Assembly (NCBI GenBank): GCA_002309855.1
Contig: DBYD01000031.1
Span: 60,723 to 124,722 of the forward strand
From: Bacteroidales bacterium UBA1195
GTDB taxonomy: Bacteria > Bacteroidota > Bacteroidia > Bacteroidales > WCHB1-69
Reading direction: 5' to 3'
Length of the DNA stretch: 64,000 nucleotides
Shown piece after piece: positions 25,480 through 35,093 of this stretch. The notes beneath the pieces were generated by a model, which worked only from the letters and a program-made list of their open reading frames with translations, was not told where the DNA came from and searched no databases. A program made the translations under genes and the position numbers. Position 1 is the stretch's first letter, and every line of letters starts with the position of its first letter.

Positions 25480-26556
25480 ATGGGTAAGTTCTTGCGCAGG
25501 CGTCTGGGATATGGAATACTGGTGATGTGGGGAGTCTTTACGCTGATTTTCTGCCTTTTTTCACTTTTGCCGGGCGATTCCGCCGTAATGACGATGGGGC
25601 AGCGCAGCGATTTGGGTTCCGTGGAGGCTGTCCGTCACGAACTGGGGCTTGACCGTCCTGTGACTACCCGTTATCTTTCCTATGCCAATGATTGTCTGCC
25701 GGTTTCGTTACACCGGTGGAACGATGCGGAAAGCTTTTTCTATTTGGATCCTCAGAAATACAAGGCTGTCAAACTTTTTCGTTTGGGTGGCTGGTGCTGC
25801 GTGGCCAAGATCCCTTATTTGGGACGTTCCTACCAAACCAAGCGTCCTGTTTTGGAAATGTTGAATGAGGCTTTCCCCAAGACCGCTCTGTTGGCTTTGG
25901 TCTCCATATTTATCGCCATCATTGTCGGAATATTTGTAGGGATTCTCTGTGCGATTTGGAAGGACACCTGGTTCGACCGCACAGCCATTGTCGGTTCGGT
26001 TTTGGGCATGTCGGTCCCATCCTTCTTTGCAGCCATCCTTCTGGCCTGGATTTTTGCCTTTCTGCTGGCGGACGTCACGGGGCTCAACATGTTCGGCAGC
26101 CTCTACAGCGTCAGTGATTTCGGCGATGGCGAATACCTTGATTTGAAGAACCTGATCCTTCCTGCGGTGACTTTGGGCATACGTCCGTTGGCCTCAGTTG
26201 TCCAGCTGACCCGCAATTCTGTGCTTGAGGTGATGGGGCAGCCCTATGTGCGGACTGCATTCGCCAAGGGGTTGGGTTACGGCAGTGTGATTCGTCATCA
26301 TGTGGTGAAAAATGCGCTCAATCCGGTTGTTACGGTGGTTTCCGGCTGGTTGGCCGGCATGATGGCAGGAACTGTCTTTGTGGAGTATATTTTTGATTAT
26401 AAAGGAGTGGGAGTGATGATTGTCAACGGTTTGGACAAGTATGACTTTCCTGTGGTGATGGGCAGCCTGCTTTACATCTCTATCATTCTTGTTGTGATAA
26501 ACATTGTGGTGGACATAATCTACGCCATGCTTGACCCGAAGGTTCGATTGTCATAA
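25480..26556 (+). CDS. ABC transporter permease (Opp/Dpp BPD-type)
   Basis: Six or more hydrophobic segments and an EAA-like loop (EVMGQPYVRTAFAKGL). Start MGKFLRRRLGYGILV. Confidence 0.8.
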   Translation: MGKFLRRRLGYGILVMWGVFTLIFCLFSLLPGDSAVMTMGQRSDLGSVEAVRHELGLDRPVTTRYLSYANDCLPVSLHRWNDAESFFYLDPQKYKAVKLFRLGGWCCVAKIPYLGRSYQTKRPVLEMLNEAFPKTALLALVSIFIAIIVGIFVGILCAIWKDTWFDRTAIVGSVLGMSVPSFFAAILLAWIFAFLLADVTGLNMFGSLYSVSDFGDGEYLDLKNLILPAVTLGIRPLASVVQLTRNSVLEVMGQPYVRTAFAKGLGYGSVIRHHVVKNALNPVVTVVSGWLAGMMAGTVFVEYIFDYKGVGVMIVNGLDKYDFPVVMGSLLYISIILVVINIVVDIIYAMLDPKVRLS

Positions 26557-26582
26557 AATGATTATAAAACAGATTATTATAT

Positions 26583-27674
26583 ATGGATTCGATGTTTGAG
26601 GAGACCGGACGCACACCGCTTGAGCGATATGGTGAATTCGGCCTGATTGATTTGCTGACGAAAAACATCCGCCTGAAAAACAGCAGTTCGCTGTGCGGTG
26701 TCGGGGATGATGCGGCCATTTTGGATGCCGCCGGACGGGTTCAGGTCGTAACCAAGGACCTGCTTGCGGAAGGTGTGCATTTCGACCTGACGTATTGTCC
26801 TTTGAAACATTTGGGATACAAGGCGATTGCTGTGAACCTGTCGGACATTGCCGCCATGAACGCCAAGCCGGAACAGGTGCTGGTGGGGATTGCTGTTTCC
26901 AGCCGTTTCACTGTGGAGGCGGTTGAGGAGCTATATTCAGGCATGCTGTTATGTTGTGAACGCTACGGTGTTGACCTGGTCGGTGGGGACACTGTCTCTT
27001 CCCAAAGCGGCATGTTCATAAGCGTGACTGCATTGGGATATGGACAAAAAGGGGAGATTGTGCGCCGCAACACTGCCCAATCCGGCGACCTGATTTGCGT
27101 TTCCGGCGACTTAGGGGCCGCGTACGCAGGTCTGCTGATTCTGGAGCGTGAGAAACAGGTGTTCCTGAAAGATCCGAAGGCGCAACCAGACTTGGACGGT
27201 TACGATTACATTCTGGAACGCCAGTTGAAGCCGGAACCGAGGCTGGATGTCGTAAAACTGCTGCATGAACGGGGGGTGCTGCCCACCTCAATGATAGACA
27301 TTTCTGACGGGCTTGCCTCCGAAAGCATGCACCTTGCGACGGATTCCGCGCTCGGCTGCTGCCTGTATGAGGAGAAACTGCCGATAGATACCCAGACCTA
27401 CCAGACCCTGACTGACATGGGGCTGCTGCCAACCACGGTCGCGCTGAACGGCGGGGAGGATTATGAACTGCTCTTTACGGTCCGTCAGGCCGATTACGAC
27501 AAAATAAAGGATTTGAAGGAGGTGCATGTTATCGGCTACATGACCGCTGAGGCTGGCGACTATGCCCTGATTACAAACGACCAGAAAAAAATCGCCTTGA
27601 AGGCGCAAGGCTGGGACGCCTACCTGAAGCATCGGAACGAAAACCGTAAAAATACGGGCTTGGAGGAGGAATGA
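26583..27674 (+). CDS. thiL: Thiamine-monophosphate kinase
   Basis: GEFGLIDLL...GDDAAIL...TKDLLAEGVHF and the AIR-synthase-like fold pattern. Confidence 0.8.
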   Translation: MDSMFEETGRTPLERYGEFGLIDLLTKNIRLKNSSSLCGVGDDAAILDAAGRVQVVTKDLLAEGVHFDLTYCPLKHLGYKAIAVNLSDIAAMNAKPEQVLVGIAVSSRFTVEAVEELYSGMLLCCERYGVDLVGGDTVSSQSGMFISVTALGYGQKGEIVRRNTAQSGDLICVSGDLGAAYAGLLILEREKQVFLKDPKAQPDLDGYDYILERQLKPEPRLDVVKLLHERGVLPTSMIDISDGLASESMHLATDSALGCCLYEEKLPIDTQTYQTLTDMGLLPTTVALNGGEDYELLFTVRQADYDKIKDLKEVHVIGYMTAEAGDYALITNDQKKIALKAQGWDAYLKHRNENRKNTGLEEE

Positions 27675-28969
27675 GCGTCAGGGTAGCCATTAAAACGTTG
27701 GGATGCAAGCTGAATTTCAGCGAAAGCGCCACACTTGAACGCCGGCTGGTTGAAGAGGGCTACGAAAATGTCCCCTTTTCGGATGATGCGGATGTTTATG
27801 TGGTCAACACCTGCGCGGTTACGGAGGAGGCGGGACGCAAGTGCCGCTATTATGTGCATGGTGTGCGACGGCGGCATCCTGATGCCAGAATTGTGCTGAT
27901 GGGATGTTATTCGGCATTGCGGGCGGAGCAGCTGCAGAAGGAGCTGGATGCGGATCTGGTGTTGGGAAGCAACACCAAGTTCCAGCTGCCCGAACGGATT
28001 TCGGAGCTGCTTGCCGGCGGCACTGGTTCTTTTGACCCTGCATGTGAATCGGAGCGGGACTTTTTCGGTGCCTATTCTCTGCGTGAAGAGCGTACCCGCT
28101 CATTCCTTAAGGTGCAGGACGGCTGCGACTATTTCTGCACCTATTGCACGATACCTTTGGCACGCGGCCGGTTCCGCAGCGGTGACCTTGACGCATTGCT
28201 GGCGGCGGCCCGTGACATCATCGCCCACGACATCCGTGAGATTGTGCTGACGGGTGTCAATATCGGGGAATACCGTGGCAGGAACGGGGAGCGTCTTATC
28301 GACCTGCTTCATGCCCTGACGGCACTGCCCGGACTCCAGAGGCTGCGTATCTCTTCAATTGAACCCAATCTGCTGACGGATGAAATCATCGCGCTTGCGG
28401 CAGACTCTCCTGTCATAATGCCCCATTTCCATATTCCGCTGCAGTCCGGCTGTGACCGCATTCTGGAGCGGATGCACCGGCGTTACAACCGTGCGCTCTA
28501 TGCTGAAAAGGTGCTGCAGATAAAACAGTTGATGCCCAAGGCCTTTGTTGCTGCCGATGTAATTGTCGGCTTTCCGGGCGAGACCAAGGAGGATTTTCAG
28601 GAGACGTATGATTTTTTAGACAGCCTTCCTGTGAGTGCATTGCATGTCTTTCCATATTCACGTCGCCCCAACACGCCTGCATACGACATGCCGGACCAGC
28701 TTTCCCGTGCGGAGAAGGCGGAACGTGTCCGGAGACTGATTTCGTTGTCCGATGAAAAAAAACTTGCATTGTGCCGCCTTTGCGAGGGTGATGTGGTGCA
28801 GGTGCTGGTGGAATCGAAGGAAAAGGGGGGATTTTACAGCGGTTTCAGTGAAAATTATTTGAAAGTAAGGCTTAATTGCACGGAAAATGCTATTAACACC
28901 ATCCAAAAGGTCCGTCTGGCCGAAACTGCTGCGGACGGCACCATGAAAGGAGAAATAATTGATGGATAA
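27671..28969 (+). CDS. mtaB: tRNA threonylcarbamoyladenosine methylthiotransferase MtaB (radical SAM)
   Basis: N-terminal UPF0004 cysteines (TLGCKLN, NTCAVT), a radical-SAM CDYFCTYC motif and a TRAM-like C-terminus. Start overlaps the thiL stop as ATGA. Confidence 0.85.
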   Translation: MSVRVAIKTLGCKLNFSESATLERRLVEEGYENVPFSDDADVYVVNTCAVTEEAGRKCRYYVHGVRRRHPDARIVLMGCYSALRAEQLQKELDADLVLGSNTKFQLPERISELLAGGTGSFDPACESERDFFGAYSLREERTRSFLKVQDGCDYFCTYCTIPLARGRFRSGDLDALLAAARDIIAHDIREIVLTGVNIGEYRGRNGERLIDLLHALTALPGLQRLRISSIEPNLLTDEIIALAADSPVIMPHFHIPLQSGCDRILERMHRRYNRALYAEKVLQIKQLMPKAFVAADVIVGFPGETKEDFQETYDFLDSLPVSALHVFPYSRRPNTPAYDMPDQLSRAEKAERVRRLISLSDEKKLALCRLCEGDVVQVLVESKEKGGFYSGFSENYLKVRLNCTENAINTIQKVRLAETAADGTMKGEIIDG

Positions 28970-30230
28970 AGTATTAAAAATTTGTTTGTTGTTCTTGTTC
29001 TGCAGCGTTTTTGCCTCTTTGCGGGCAGCCTATATCTTCATCCCGATGGACAAGGAGCAGACCAACCACCTGAAAGCCTACGGTGTGACCTATTGGGCGC
29101 TTACAAAAGATGTGGATGTCAGCTGGCTGCTGAACTACCGCGGCGGCAGCTTCCTCTGTGAATATTATGAGGCTGTTGAGAACGAATGTCTTGCGCGTGA
29201 TGTGAGCTATGAGGTCATGGCTGATGCCAAGGTTAGTGGCATTCTTGCCGAGATAATGCGTTCCGATGTGAACATGAGTGAGGTAAAGCTGACCAAAGCA
29301 CCGAAAATTGCTGTCTATTCCCCCAAGAACAAACTTCCTTGGGACGATGCGGTGACATTGGTGCTCACTTATGCGGAAATCCCTTACGATGTGGTTTATG
29401 ACGATGAAATAATGGCCGATGTGCTGCCTGCATACGATTGGCTGCATCTGCATCATGAGGATTTCACCGGACAGTACGGCAAGTTCTGGGCCAATTACCG
29501 TCATGCGGACTGGTATGTGGCCGATGTGCGCAAAAATGAGGAAACGGCACGGCGCCACGGCTTTGCGAAGGTCTCGCAGCTGAAACTGGCTGTGGCTAAA
29601 AAAATCCGCGATTTTGTGATGGGCGGGGGCTACATGTTCGCCATGTGTTCCGCTCCGGACAGTTATGACGTGGCTTTGGCCGCCGAAGGTGTTGACATCT
29701 GTGAGACCCCGTTCGACGGCGATCCGATGGATCCGGCGGCACAGCAGAAATTGGACTATAGCAAGTGCTTCGCCTTCACCAATTTCAAGATCTCACGGAA
29801 TCCGTCGGAATATGAGATTTCCGACATTGACATCGACCCTTCCGTACATATGGCCAACCGGAACAGCGATTTCTTCACGCTGTTTGAGTTTTCCGCCAAA
29901 TGGGATGTTGTGCCTACAATCCTCTGCCAGAACCATGAGCAGGTGATCCGCGGCTTCATGGGGCAGACCACCGCTTTCCGTCGTGACAAGGTGAAACCTG
30001 AAATTATCATTTTGGGGGAAACAAAGGCCTTTAACGAGGTGCGCTATATCCATGGTGAATACGGAAAGGGTATGTTCACATTCCTTGGCGGACACGATCC
30101 GGAGGATTACCAGCATTTTGTCGGTGACAATCCGACCGACCTTAACCTGCATCCGAATTCATCCGGATACCGGCTGATCCTGAACAATGTGCTTTTTGTC
30201 GCAGCAAAACGTGAAAAGCGCAAGACCTGA
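28962..30230 (+). CDS. Conserved secreted hypothetical protein
   Basis: Signal peptide MDKVLKICLLFLFCSVFASLRA. 422 aa. No catalytic motif recognised. An 11-T run follows. Confidence 0.6.
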   Translation: MDKVLKICLLFLFCSVFASLRAAYIFIPMDKEQTNHLKAYGVTYWALTKDVDVSWLLNYRGGSFLCEYYEAVENECLARDVSYEVMADAKVSGILAEIMRSDVNMSEVKLTKAPKIAVYSPKNKLPWDDAVTLVLTYAEIPYDVVYDDEIMADVLPAYDWLHLHHEDFTGQYGKFWANYRHADWYVADVRKNEETARRHGFAKVSQLKLAVAKKIRDFVMGGGYMFAMCSAPDSYDVALAAEGVDICETPFDGDPMDPAAQQKLDYSKCFAFTNFKISRNPSEYEISDIDIDPSVHMANRNSDFFTLFEFSAKWDVVPTILCQNHEQVIRGFMGQTTAFRRDKVKPEIIILGETKAFNEVRYIHGEYGKGMFTFLGGHDPEDYQHFVGDNPTDLNLHPNSSGYRLILNNVLFVAAKREKRKT

Positions 30231-30297
30231 TTTTTTTTTTTGGCTAAGGTGCAATAATAGCGTAATATTGTCGTTCATTAAAAAAAATATTTTTATT

Positions 30298-31305
30298 ATG
30301 AAGAAGGGCTTAATATTGATTTTCAGTTTATTGTTCTGTATTTGCGGAACACGGGCGCAATTGGGCGGCGCATTGCAGAAGGCGGCGCAGAAGGCGGTGA
30401 AGAAGACCACCGACAAAGTGATTGACAAAACTACAGATGCCGCTGCGGATGCGGCAGCCAACGCTGTGGACAGGGAGCTGGACAAACTGCGCTCCAACAA
30501 TTCTGCGGACAAGCCGCAACAAACTTCGGCGGAAGCTGTGGAGGAGCAGACCGTTGCCTCCCTCATGGCACAACTGCCGGAACTGCCTTCCGTACAGCAG
30601 CTGGTAAATTACAAGACTGCCGAATTGAACGAGCAGACCGTAAAAATGTTGGCCTCTCCGGTGACTTCGTTCAACACCAAGCTGTTCAACCTCTCCATGC
30701 AGGCGTTGTCGTTAGGTGCGCAGAATGTGGATTCCGCACAAGTTATGGAGACCGCCTACAAGGCTGCGGAAAAGAGCACCGGTTTGAGCAGGGAGGAGAT
30801 CAACAAGCTCTCCACCATGTCCGATGAGGAGCAGGAGGCATATCTGAGGTCCCATTACAAGGAGGGGACTTATGAGGCGGCTGTGCTGCAGCAGGCGGAA
30901 GAAGCGGGCGAATACCTGAAACCGGTCCAGCCTCTGATTGACCAGTGGAGCGCCGTGGATGACAAGATTACGGCCCTGTACAAACAATCGGAAACGCGCT
31001 GCCGCGGCATCTATGCCAAGTATTCCGACCAGCTTTCCAAGGCGGCCGGAAAGGAGAGGAACGCGCTGCTTTTGAAATACTATTCTGAGATTGTCCCCAT
31101 CCAGCGGGAGGCGGTGCAGCAGGCGATGCAGCTCCGGTTGAAGGAGCAGCTCCCGATTGCGGACAAAATAGAGGAGAAGATGGTTGAAATCCGTGCACAG
31201 CACCAGGATGTGGTCTCCATGCTGCTGAACTATCCGCAGATAACAGCCACACAGTATTTTATGGAACCGACTCATTTGCTTGACATTCCGGAGTATAAGG
31301 AATAG
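30298..31305 (+). CDS. Secreted alpha-helical hypothetical protein
   Basis: ATG 30298 gives MKKGLILIFSLLFCICGTRAQ. The rest is A/K/E/Q-rich and helical. Confidence 0.55.
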   Translation: MKKGLILIFSLLFCICGTRAQLGGALQKAAQKAVKKTTDKVIDKTTDAAADAAANAVDRELDKLRSNNSADKPQQTSAEAVEEQTVASLMAQLPELPSVQQLVNYKTAELNEQTVKMLASPVTSFNTKLFNLSMQALSLGAQNVDSAQVMETAYKAAEKSTGLSREEINKLSTMSDEEQEAYLRSHYKEGTYEAAVLQQAEEAGEYLKPVQPLIDQWSAVDDKITALYKQSETRCRGIYAKYSDQLSKAAGKERNALLLKYYSEIVPIQREAVQQAMQLRLKEQLPIADKIEEKMVEIRAQHQDVVSMLLNYPQITATQYFMEPTHLLDIPEYKE

Positions 31306-31356
31306 TAGTGCAACAGTCTGTCATTTTTTTTCAGGGAAAGTCACAAGTTGTGGTTT

Positions 31357-31410
31357 TTGCTTAATCCAATAAGCAATTTTTATTTAAATTTGCTTAATGC
31401 ATTAAGCAAA
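31357..31410. promoter_or_regulatory. Two palindromic operator-like sites upstream of the AAA ATPase gene
   Basis: TTGCTTAATCCAATAAGCAA (31357-31376) and the perfect 22-bp palindrome TTTGCTTAATGCATTAAGCAAA (31389-31410) share the half-site TTGCTTAAT. A TATATTTG -7 box follows at ~31417-31424. Confidence 0.5.
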
Positions 31411-31452
31411 TTTACGTATATTTGCATTTCCAAATAATAGATTGCTTAGGTA

Positions 31453-32649
31453 ATGGAACAACTTAAAACACAACATTTAAGGCTAATATCTAATTTGAGT
31501 GTGAAACACAAGCGCAGCCTGATTGATGTCATAAACTGGAATGCTCCGCTTATCGGAATCAGAGGCGCACGTGGTGTGGGCAAGACAACCATGTTGTTGC
31601 AGCATATCAAGGAAAATTATGGCTCAAATCCCAATATCGCCCTTTATGCGAGTATGGATCATCTCTATTTTACACGCCATAGCCTGTTGGAGATGGCGGA
31701 GGAATTCTATAAGCATGGAGGGCGTTGCCTTTATCTTGACGAAGTGCACAAATACGAGGGCTGGAGTCGCGAAATCAAGAATATTTACGACAGTCTGCCC
31801 GAACTGAAAGTGGTGTTCACCGGTTCTTCTCTGCTCAATATACTGAATGCGGAAGCTGACTTGTCGCGCCGATGTGCCAGTTATGAGATGCAGGGGCTTT
31901 CGTTCAGGGAATACCTTTTGTTCAGGCACAACATAAAACTGCCGGTGTTTTCCTTGGAAGATATCCTTGTGCATCCGTTGGAGGCTTCGGAAGAGGTGAT
32001 GCGCGAGTGTTTTCCTTTACAGCATTTTCCACAATACCTGCAGCAGGGCTATTACCCGTTTTTTTTGCAAAAAAATATGGATTATTTAACTCAAGTCCAG
32101 AAAGTTGTAAACATGATTCTGGAGATTGAGCTGCCACAGCTCGGCAATGTTGATGTGGCCAATGTGCGCAAGTTGCGCAGTCTGCTTTCGGTGTTGAGCA
32201 GCGGTGTCCCTTTTGCGGTTGACATCAGTAAAATGTCGCAGGCCTCCGAGCTGAACCGTAACACCATACTTTTGTATCTTGCGCATCTGCATCGCGCACG
32301 TCTGGTCAATTTGCTCTATAGCGACACTCGGAATCTGAAACGGATGCAGAAACCTGATAAAATCTATATGGAGAACACGAACCTGCTTCATGCGCTTTCG
32401 CTTTCACAGGTGGAGGCGGGAACAGCCAGGGAGACTTTCTTTGTAAACCAGTTGATGCAACAGCACGAAGTGGAATACGGACGTGGTGCAGACTTTGTCA
32501 TTGACCGGAAGTATACCATTGAGGTTGGAGGTCAAAGCAAAGACGGAAAGCAGATTGCCGGTGTGCCGGATGCGTTCATCGCGGCGGATGGGATGGAGTA
32601 TGCTTTGGGCAACAAAATTCCGTTATGGCTCTTCGGTTTCCTTTATTGA
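31453..32649 (+). CDS. AAA-family ATPase with DUF4143-type C-terminal domain
   Basis: Walker A GIRGARGVGKTT and Walker B CLYLDEVH. The 398-aa size and C-terminal region are typical of the Bacteroidales 'ATP-binding protein' family. Confidence 0.75.
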   Translation: MEQLKTQHLRLISNLSVKHKRSLIDVINWNAPLIGIRGARGVGKTTMLLQHIKENYGSNPNIALYASMDHLYFTRHSLLEMAEEFYKHGGRCLYLDEVHKYEGWSREIKNIYDSLPELKVVFTGSSLLNILNAEADLSRRCASYEMQGLSFREYLLFRHNIKLPVFSLEDILVHPLEASEEVMRECFPLQHFPQYLQQGYYPFFLQKNMDYLTQVQKVVNMILEIELPQLGNVDVANVRKLRSLLSVLSSGVPFAVDISKMSQASELNRNTILLYLAHLHRARLVNLLYSDTRNLKRMQKPDKIYMENTNLLHALSLSQVEAGTARETFFVNQLMQQHEVEYGRGADFVIDRKYTIEVGGQSKDGKQIAGVPDAFIAADGMEYALGNKIPLWLFGFLY

Positions 32650-32837
32650 TTGGAAACCGTTGTGATTCTTCGGCAGTTTGTCCGGTCGAAAATATTTTCC
32701 GAAAATAGTGCACCGCGTTGATATTTTGATTACTTTTGCAAATTCAAATGAGTATTAATTTAATTGTATAATTACAATAAGTTCGTTTTTTTTTGTTTTG
32801 TTTTTGAAATATGTCTAACAAATAATAATTTGTTGAA

Positions 32838-33458
32838 ATGAATGCATTTAAACATTTTGTATGGATTGCCGTTGCGGCAATGGTAATGGTTGGTTGCAGC
32901 AGTTCGAAACATGCTGTGGATTCAAAAATCACCAAACAGACCAGTCTTGAAGGTGAAAAGGTGATGGTTGAGACTGCAAAGATGCAGGGGATTGAAATGG
33001 TTGAAGGTCTGAGTGAGGACGGCACCAAAATCAAAAAGGTGCCCTATAAGTGGTTTGCCGGTATCGGTAAGGCCGATGACAAGCAGACCGCCATTGAGAT
33101 GGCCGAACTGGAGGCCAGAGCCACAATCTCCCGTATTATTGAGAATCTTGTGATGGCCTGTGCCGAGCGTGGCAGCCTGGCCAATAACGGTGAGGTGCAG
33201 AAGGCACTTTCCTCGCATTGGCAGCAGGTTAGCCGGAGCATACAGAATGCCTGCGAACCTTTTGGTGAAACTAAGATTGAGTATAGCCAATCGACCAAAA
33301 TGTACACAGTGACCTCCAAGGTGGGCATCCGTGGCGACAAGTTCCAGCAGATGCTCAACAACGCGGGCAATTTCAAGCCAAGCAGTCTTAGCGGCAAAGA
33401 TTTGGAGGATTTCATTGAGGTGAACAGACAGATTATTGAGGCCGCCAAAGGAAACTGA
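32838..33458 (+). CDS. LPP20-like lipoprotein
   Basis: Lipobox (VMVGCSS). WFAGIGKADDKQTAIEMAELEARATISRIIENLV resembles LPP20-family domains. Paralogous to 34497-35072. Confidence 0.6.
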   Translation: MNAFKHFVWIAVAAMVMVGCSSSKHAVDSKITKQTSLEGEKVMVETAKMQGIEMVEGLSEDGTKIKKVPYKWFAGIGKADDKQTAIEMAELEARATISRIIENLVMACAERGSLANNGEVQKALSSHWQQVSRSIQNACEPFGETKIEYSQSTKMYTVTSKVGIRGDKFQQMLNNAGNFKPSSLSGKDLEDFIEVNRQIIEAAKGN

Positions 33459-33510
33459 AAAAGCGAATAATTGAAAGTAAACATTTTGGACACTTCCATT
33501 GCATAAAATC

Positions 33511-34500
33511 ATGAAACATCTTTTTATTGCCTTGTTTCTGGTTGCAAGTGTTGTTGCCACAGCGCAGAATTATCCGTCTGATTGGGCGAAATATACCTCC
33601 GACAGATATTTTCACGATGTGGAGAGCGCATCCGGCAAGCAGGCCGCACTCGAACTGGCTCGCACCAGCCTGGCCCGTCAGGTGCAGGTGCGCGTCAGCG
33701 AGGTGAGCCAGATGAACAAGGATGTGGTCAACGGTCGTTCGACCATTTTCTATAGTTCGAGCAAGACCTTCTTCACCGATGTGGACATGAACTTGGCCGA
33801 GACAAAAAGCTACTACAACGAAGCTGCCGGAAAGTACTATGTGCTTGTTTATATTGACAAGGTGGCGGCCTGCACCTTTTATGAGAACGAGGTTAGGATG
33901 CTTATCAGCAATACGGACAACACTCTTGGCATTGCAGGCAACTATATTGCGACCGGTTTCAAGCAGAAGGCGAAAGCCGAGTTGGAAAAGATGCTGAAGC
34001 AGTTCGACGGGGCAGGCAAGTCCTTTTTCTGGCTCAACGTGTTCGGCTTTGACGAAGTGCAGCTGCACCGGTATCTTACCAAGTTGCAAGATAATGAACA
34101 GACCGCCAAACAGTGGCTTGCCGACTTGGAATACGGCACCACCTATTGCGTGGTATGCGATGCTGACCTTTTCGGCAAGAAGTATCTCAAACTGGCGAAT
34201 GAGGTTAAAGGCGAGCTCTCGGCTTCGGGCTGCAATTTTGTGGACGACCCCTCATTGGCCGATTATGTCATCCGCATCAGTGCCTCTGCCCGAAAGTACA
34301 ATGAATTTCAGGGTGCCTATTTCACTTATGTGGATGCGACGGTTACTGTTGACAAGAGTGCCACCAGCCAGCGTATTTTTGAGGATGAGGTTTCCGAGAA
34401 AGGTTCCCATACAATCAACTACGATGAGGCCGCCCGCGACGGATACAAAAAGATAAGCAAGGCAATTGTTAAAATGTTAAAAGATAATATCAAGTTATGA
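33511..34500 (+). CDS. Secreted protein with LPP20-like N-terminal segment
   Basis: ATG 33511 gives MKHLFIALFLVASVVATAQ; the track start is a TTG. GKQAALELARTSLARQVQVRVSEV resembles the LPP20 helix. Confidence 0.55.
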   Translation: MKHLFIALFLVASVVATAQNYPSDWAKYTSDRYFHDVESASGKQAALELARTSLARQVQVRVSEVSQMNKDVVNGRSTIFYSSSKTFFTDVDMNLAETKSYYNEAAGKYYVLVYIDKVAACTFYENEVRMLISNTDNTLGIAGNYIATGFKQKAKAELEKMLKQFDGAGKSFFWLNVFGFDEVQLHRYLTKLQDNEQTAKQWLADLEYGTTYCVVCDADLFGKKYLKLANEVKGELSASGCNFVDDPSLADYVIRISASARKYNEFQGAYFTYVDATVTVDKSATSQRIFEDEVSEKGSHTINYDEAARDGYKKISKAIVKMLKDNIKL

Positions 34501-35072
34501 AACAGCATGTGATATTTTTTACGGCACTGATGGTGGTAGCCGTATTTGGAGCCAAAGCTCAGGACAAGAAAACCATTACCAAAAAGAATTTGAAACTTCA
34601 GGGTGTGGAAATGGTGGAAACACTCAACGAGGACGGTACGGACATGATAAAACGGCCATATCGCTGGTTTGCAGGTATGGCTGAGGCTGATGTGCAGTCG
34701 GTGGCCGTGGAGATGGCGCAATTGGAGGCCTACGCCGCCATATCGCGAGTGATTGAAAATTTGGTGACCACCCAGGCCGAACGTGGCACCGTAGCTGTGA
34801 ACGGCAATGTGCAGAAGGCACTCAAATCGCATTGGGAACAGATGAGTATGAGTATCCAGAAGGCCTGTGAACCATTCGGTGAAACTGAGGTGAACTATGA
34901 TAGTGAAACAGGCATTTATGAGGTGGTTGCCAAGGTGGGTATCCGTGGTGACCGCTATGTGAAACTGCTGGACGGTGCAAAAAAAGCGCAGCCGGAAGGT
35001 TTGACCGGTGACGACTTGAAGCAGTTCAACGCCGCCAACGAAGCCATTATTGATGCCGCAAAAGGAAACTGA
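34497..35072 (+). CDS. LPP20-like secreted protein (paralogue of 32838-33458)
   Basis: WFAGMAEADVQSVAVEMAQLEAYAAISRVIENLV and a shared C-terminal ...IIDAAKGN. Start overlaps the upstream stop as ATGA. Confidence 0.6.
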   Translation: MKQHVIFFTALMVVAVFGAKAQDKKTITKKNLKLQGVEMVETLNEDGTDMIKRPYRWFAGMAEADVQSVAVEMAQLEAYAAISRVIENLVTTQAERGTVAVNGNVQKALKSHWEQMSMSIQKACEPFGETEVNYDSETGIYEVVAKVGIRGDRYVKLLDGAKKAQPEGLTGDDLKQFNAANEAIIDAAKGN

Positions 35073-35093
35073 TAACCATATACGCATTTATAT

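Noticed and set aside
30231-30241. 11-T run after gene 28962-30230 as a terminator
   Set aside because: No convincing GC-rich stem could be found immediately upstream.
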